DNA of 64,000 nucleotides from an uncultured bacterium (GTDB lineage Bacteria; Chlamydiota; Chlamydiia; Chlamydiales; SLFE01): NCBI GenBank assembly GCA_964584775.1, contig CAZPBC010000003.1, positions 14,015 to 78,014 of the forward strand, read 5' to 3'. Shown piece by piece: positions 63,616 to 64,000 of this stretch (position 1 is its first letter; each line of letters starts with the position of its first letter). The notes under the pieces were generated by a model. It saw only the letters and a program-made list of their open reading frames with translations, ran no database searches and was not told where the DNA came from. The position numbers and the translations under genes were made by a program.

Positions 63616-64000
63616 GCGCGGGGATCTCTACACGTCCTTTCTTTCCAAAAGAGAGAGGGTGGGGGTAGCCGTTCATGACGATCTCTTTCTTTTGCTCTTT
63701 GTCTTTCACGTTGGTGAGGGTGAGGGTTCCTCGAGGAATGCTCTGGTAGAGAGTCGAGAATTTCAGCGTGAAGGGAGGGCGGCGTGTTTCTCCCAGTTCG
63801 TTTGTCAAGGTCGCTTTGAGGGTTTTGTAGGAGCTCTTTTTTCTTAAAAGAGGGCCCGTTTGGGGGTTGTCGTGAGTGATCTCCAGGTGGAGCTGGTTCT
63901 CTTTCTCAGTGAACTCGACCTGGAGGTTATCTTTATTGAGGAGCATCATTTCTTCTGTCGTTTGGAGGACTTTGAGGAGTCTGCTTGCCTCCTGTTGGAA
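63566..64000 (-). CDS. Partial CDS running off the window (5' end missing), in the pseudopilin gene string
   Basis: The reading frame stays open from 63949 to the window edge (FQQEASRLLKVLQTTEEMMLLNK...). There is no stop, so the annotated Met is probably internal. Confidence 0.5.
   Translation of the reverse strand, partial: FQQEASRLLKVLQTTEEMMLLNKDNLQVEFTEKENQLHLEITHDNPQTGPLLRKKSSYKTLKATLTNELGETRRPPFTLKFSTLYQSIPRGTLTLTNVKDKEQKKEIVMNGYPHPLSFGKKGRVEIPAHELYPEKIRSEYEKED

Overview
This is a 64-kb window from what looks like an environmental, chlamydia-like member of the Chlamydiota. The rho-coaE-polA-sppA block has the same order as C. trachomatis CT491-494. Other supporting features are rplU-rpmA-obg, rpoN, a CysJ-like reductase, a tail of type II secretion minor pseudopilins, and Inc-like hydrophobic domains. 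About 70 percent of the window is ordinary housekeeping coding sequence at high density and roughly 50-57 percent GC by eye. I found no rRNA, tRNA, CRISPR array, transposase or integrase.

Five accessory regions stand out:
1. 1-2.5 kb: a RelE/ParE-type toxin plus eukaryote-like LRR proteins.
2. 4.2-10.7 kb: a tightly coupled operon. It encodes a degenerate NRPS-like adenylation-carrier-thioesterase protein, a free-standing DUF2156 (aminoacyl-lipid-synthase type) domain, an HExxH membrane protein and a small orphan. It is transcribed divergently from an ArnT/PMT-type glycosyltransferase. This is my best candidate for an undescribed envelope-modification system.
3. 10.7-17.5 kb: an old tandem duplication of a ~3.35-kb unit carrying an orphan protein of 1050/1070 aa. 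Relics of both flanking genes and the junction are still readable.
4. 28.1-32.4 kb: three tandem paralogs that fuse an Inc-like hydrophobic N-terminus to 21-residue Cys-containing LRR arrays.
5. Several lower-GC orphan genes that are candidate secreted effectors.

Other observations:
- A ~165-bp palindromic MITE-like repeat is present twice.
- A PdxS-like protein lacks both catalytic lysines.
- A 2-hydroxyacid-dehydrogenase-like protein appears to lack its catalytic residues.
- The sensor kinase has no adjacent response regulator.
- A LuxR-type regulator has direct repeats upstream.

All calls come from reading the translations and sequence by eye. No database search was run.
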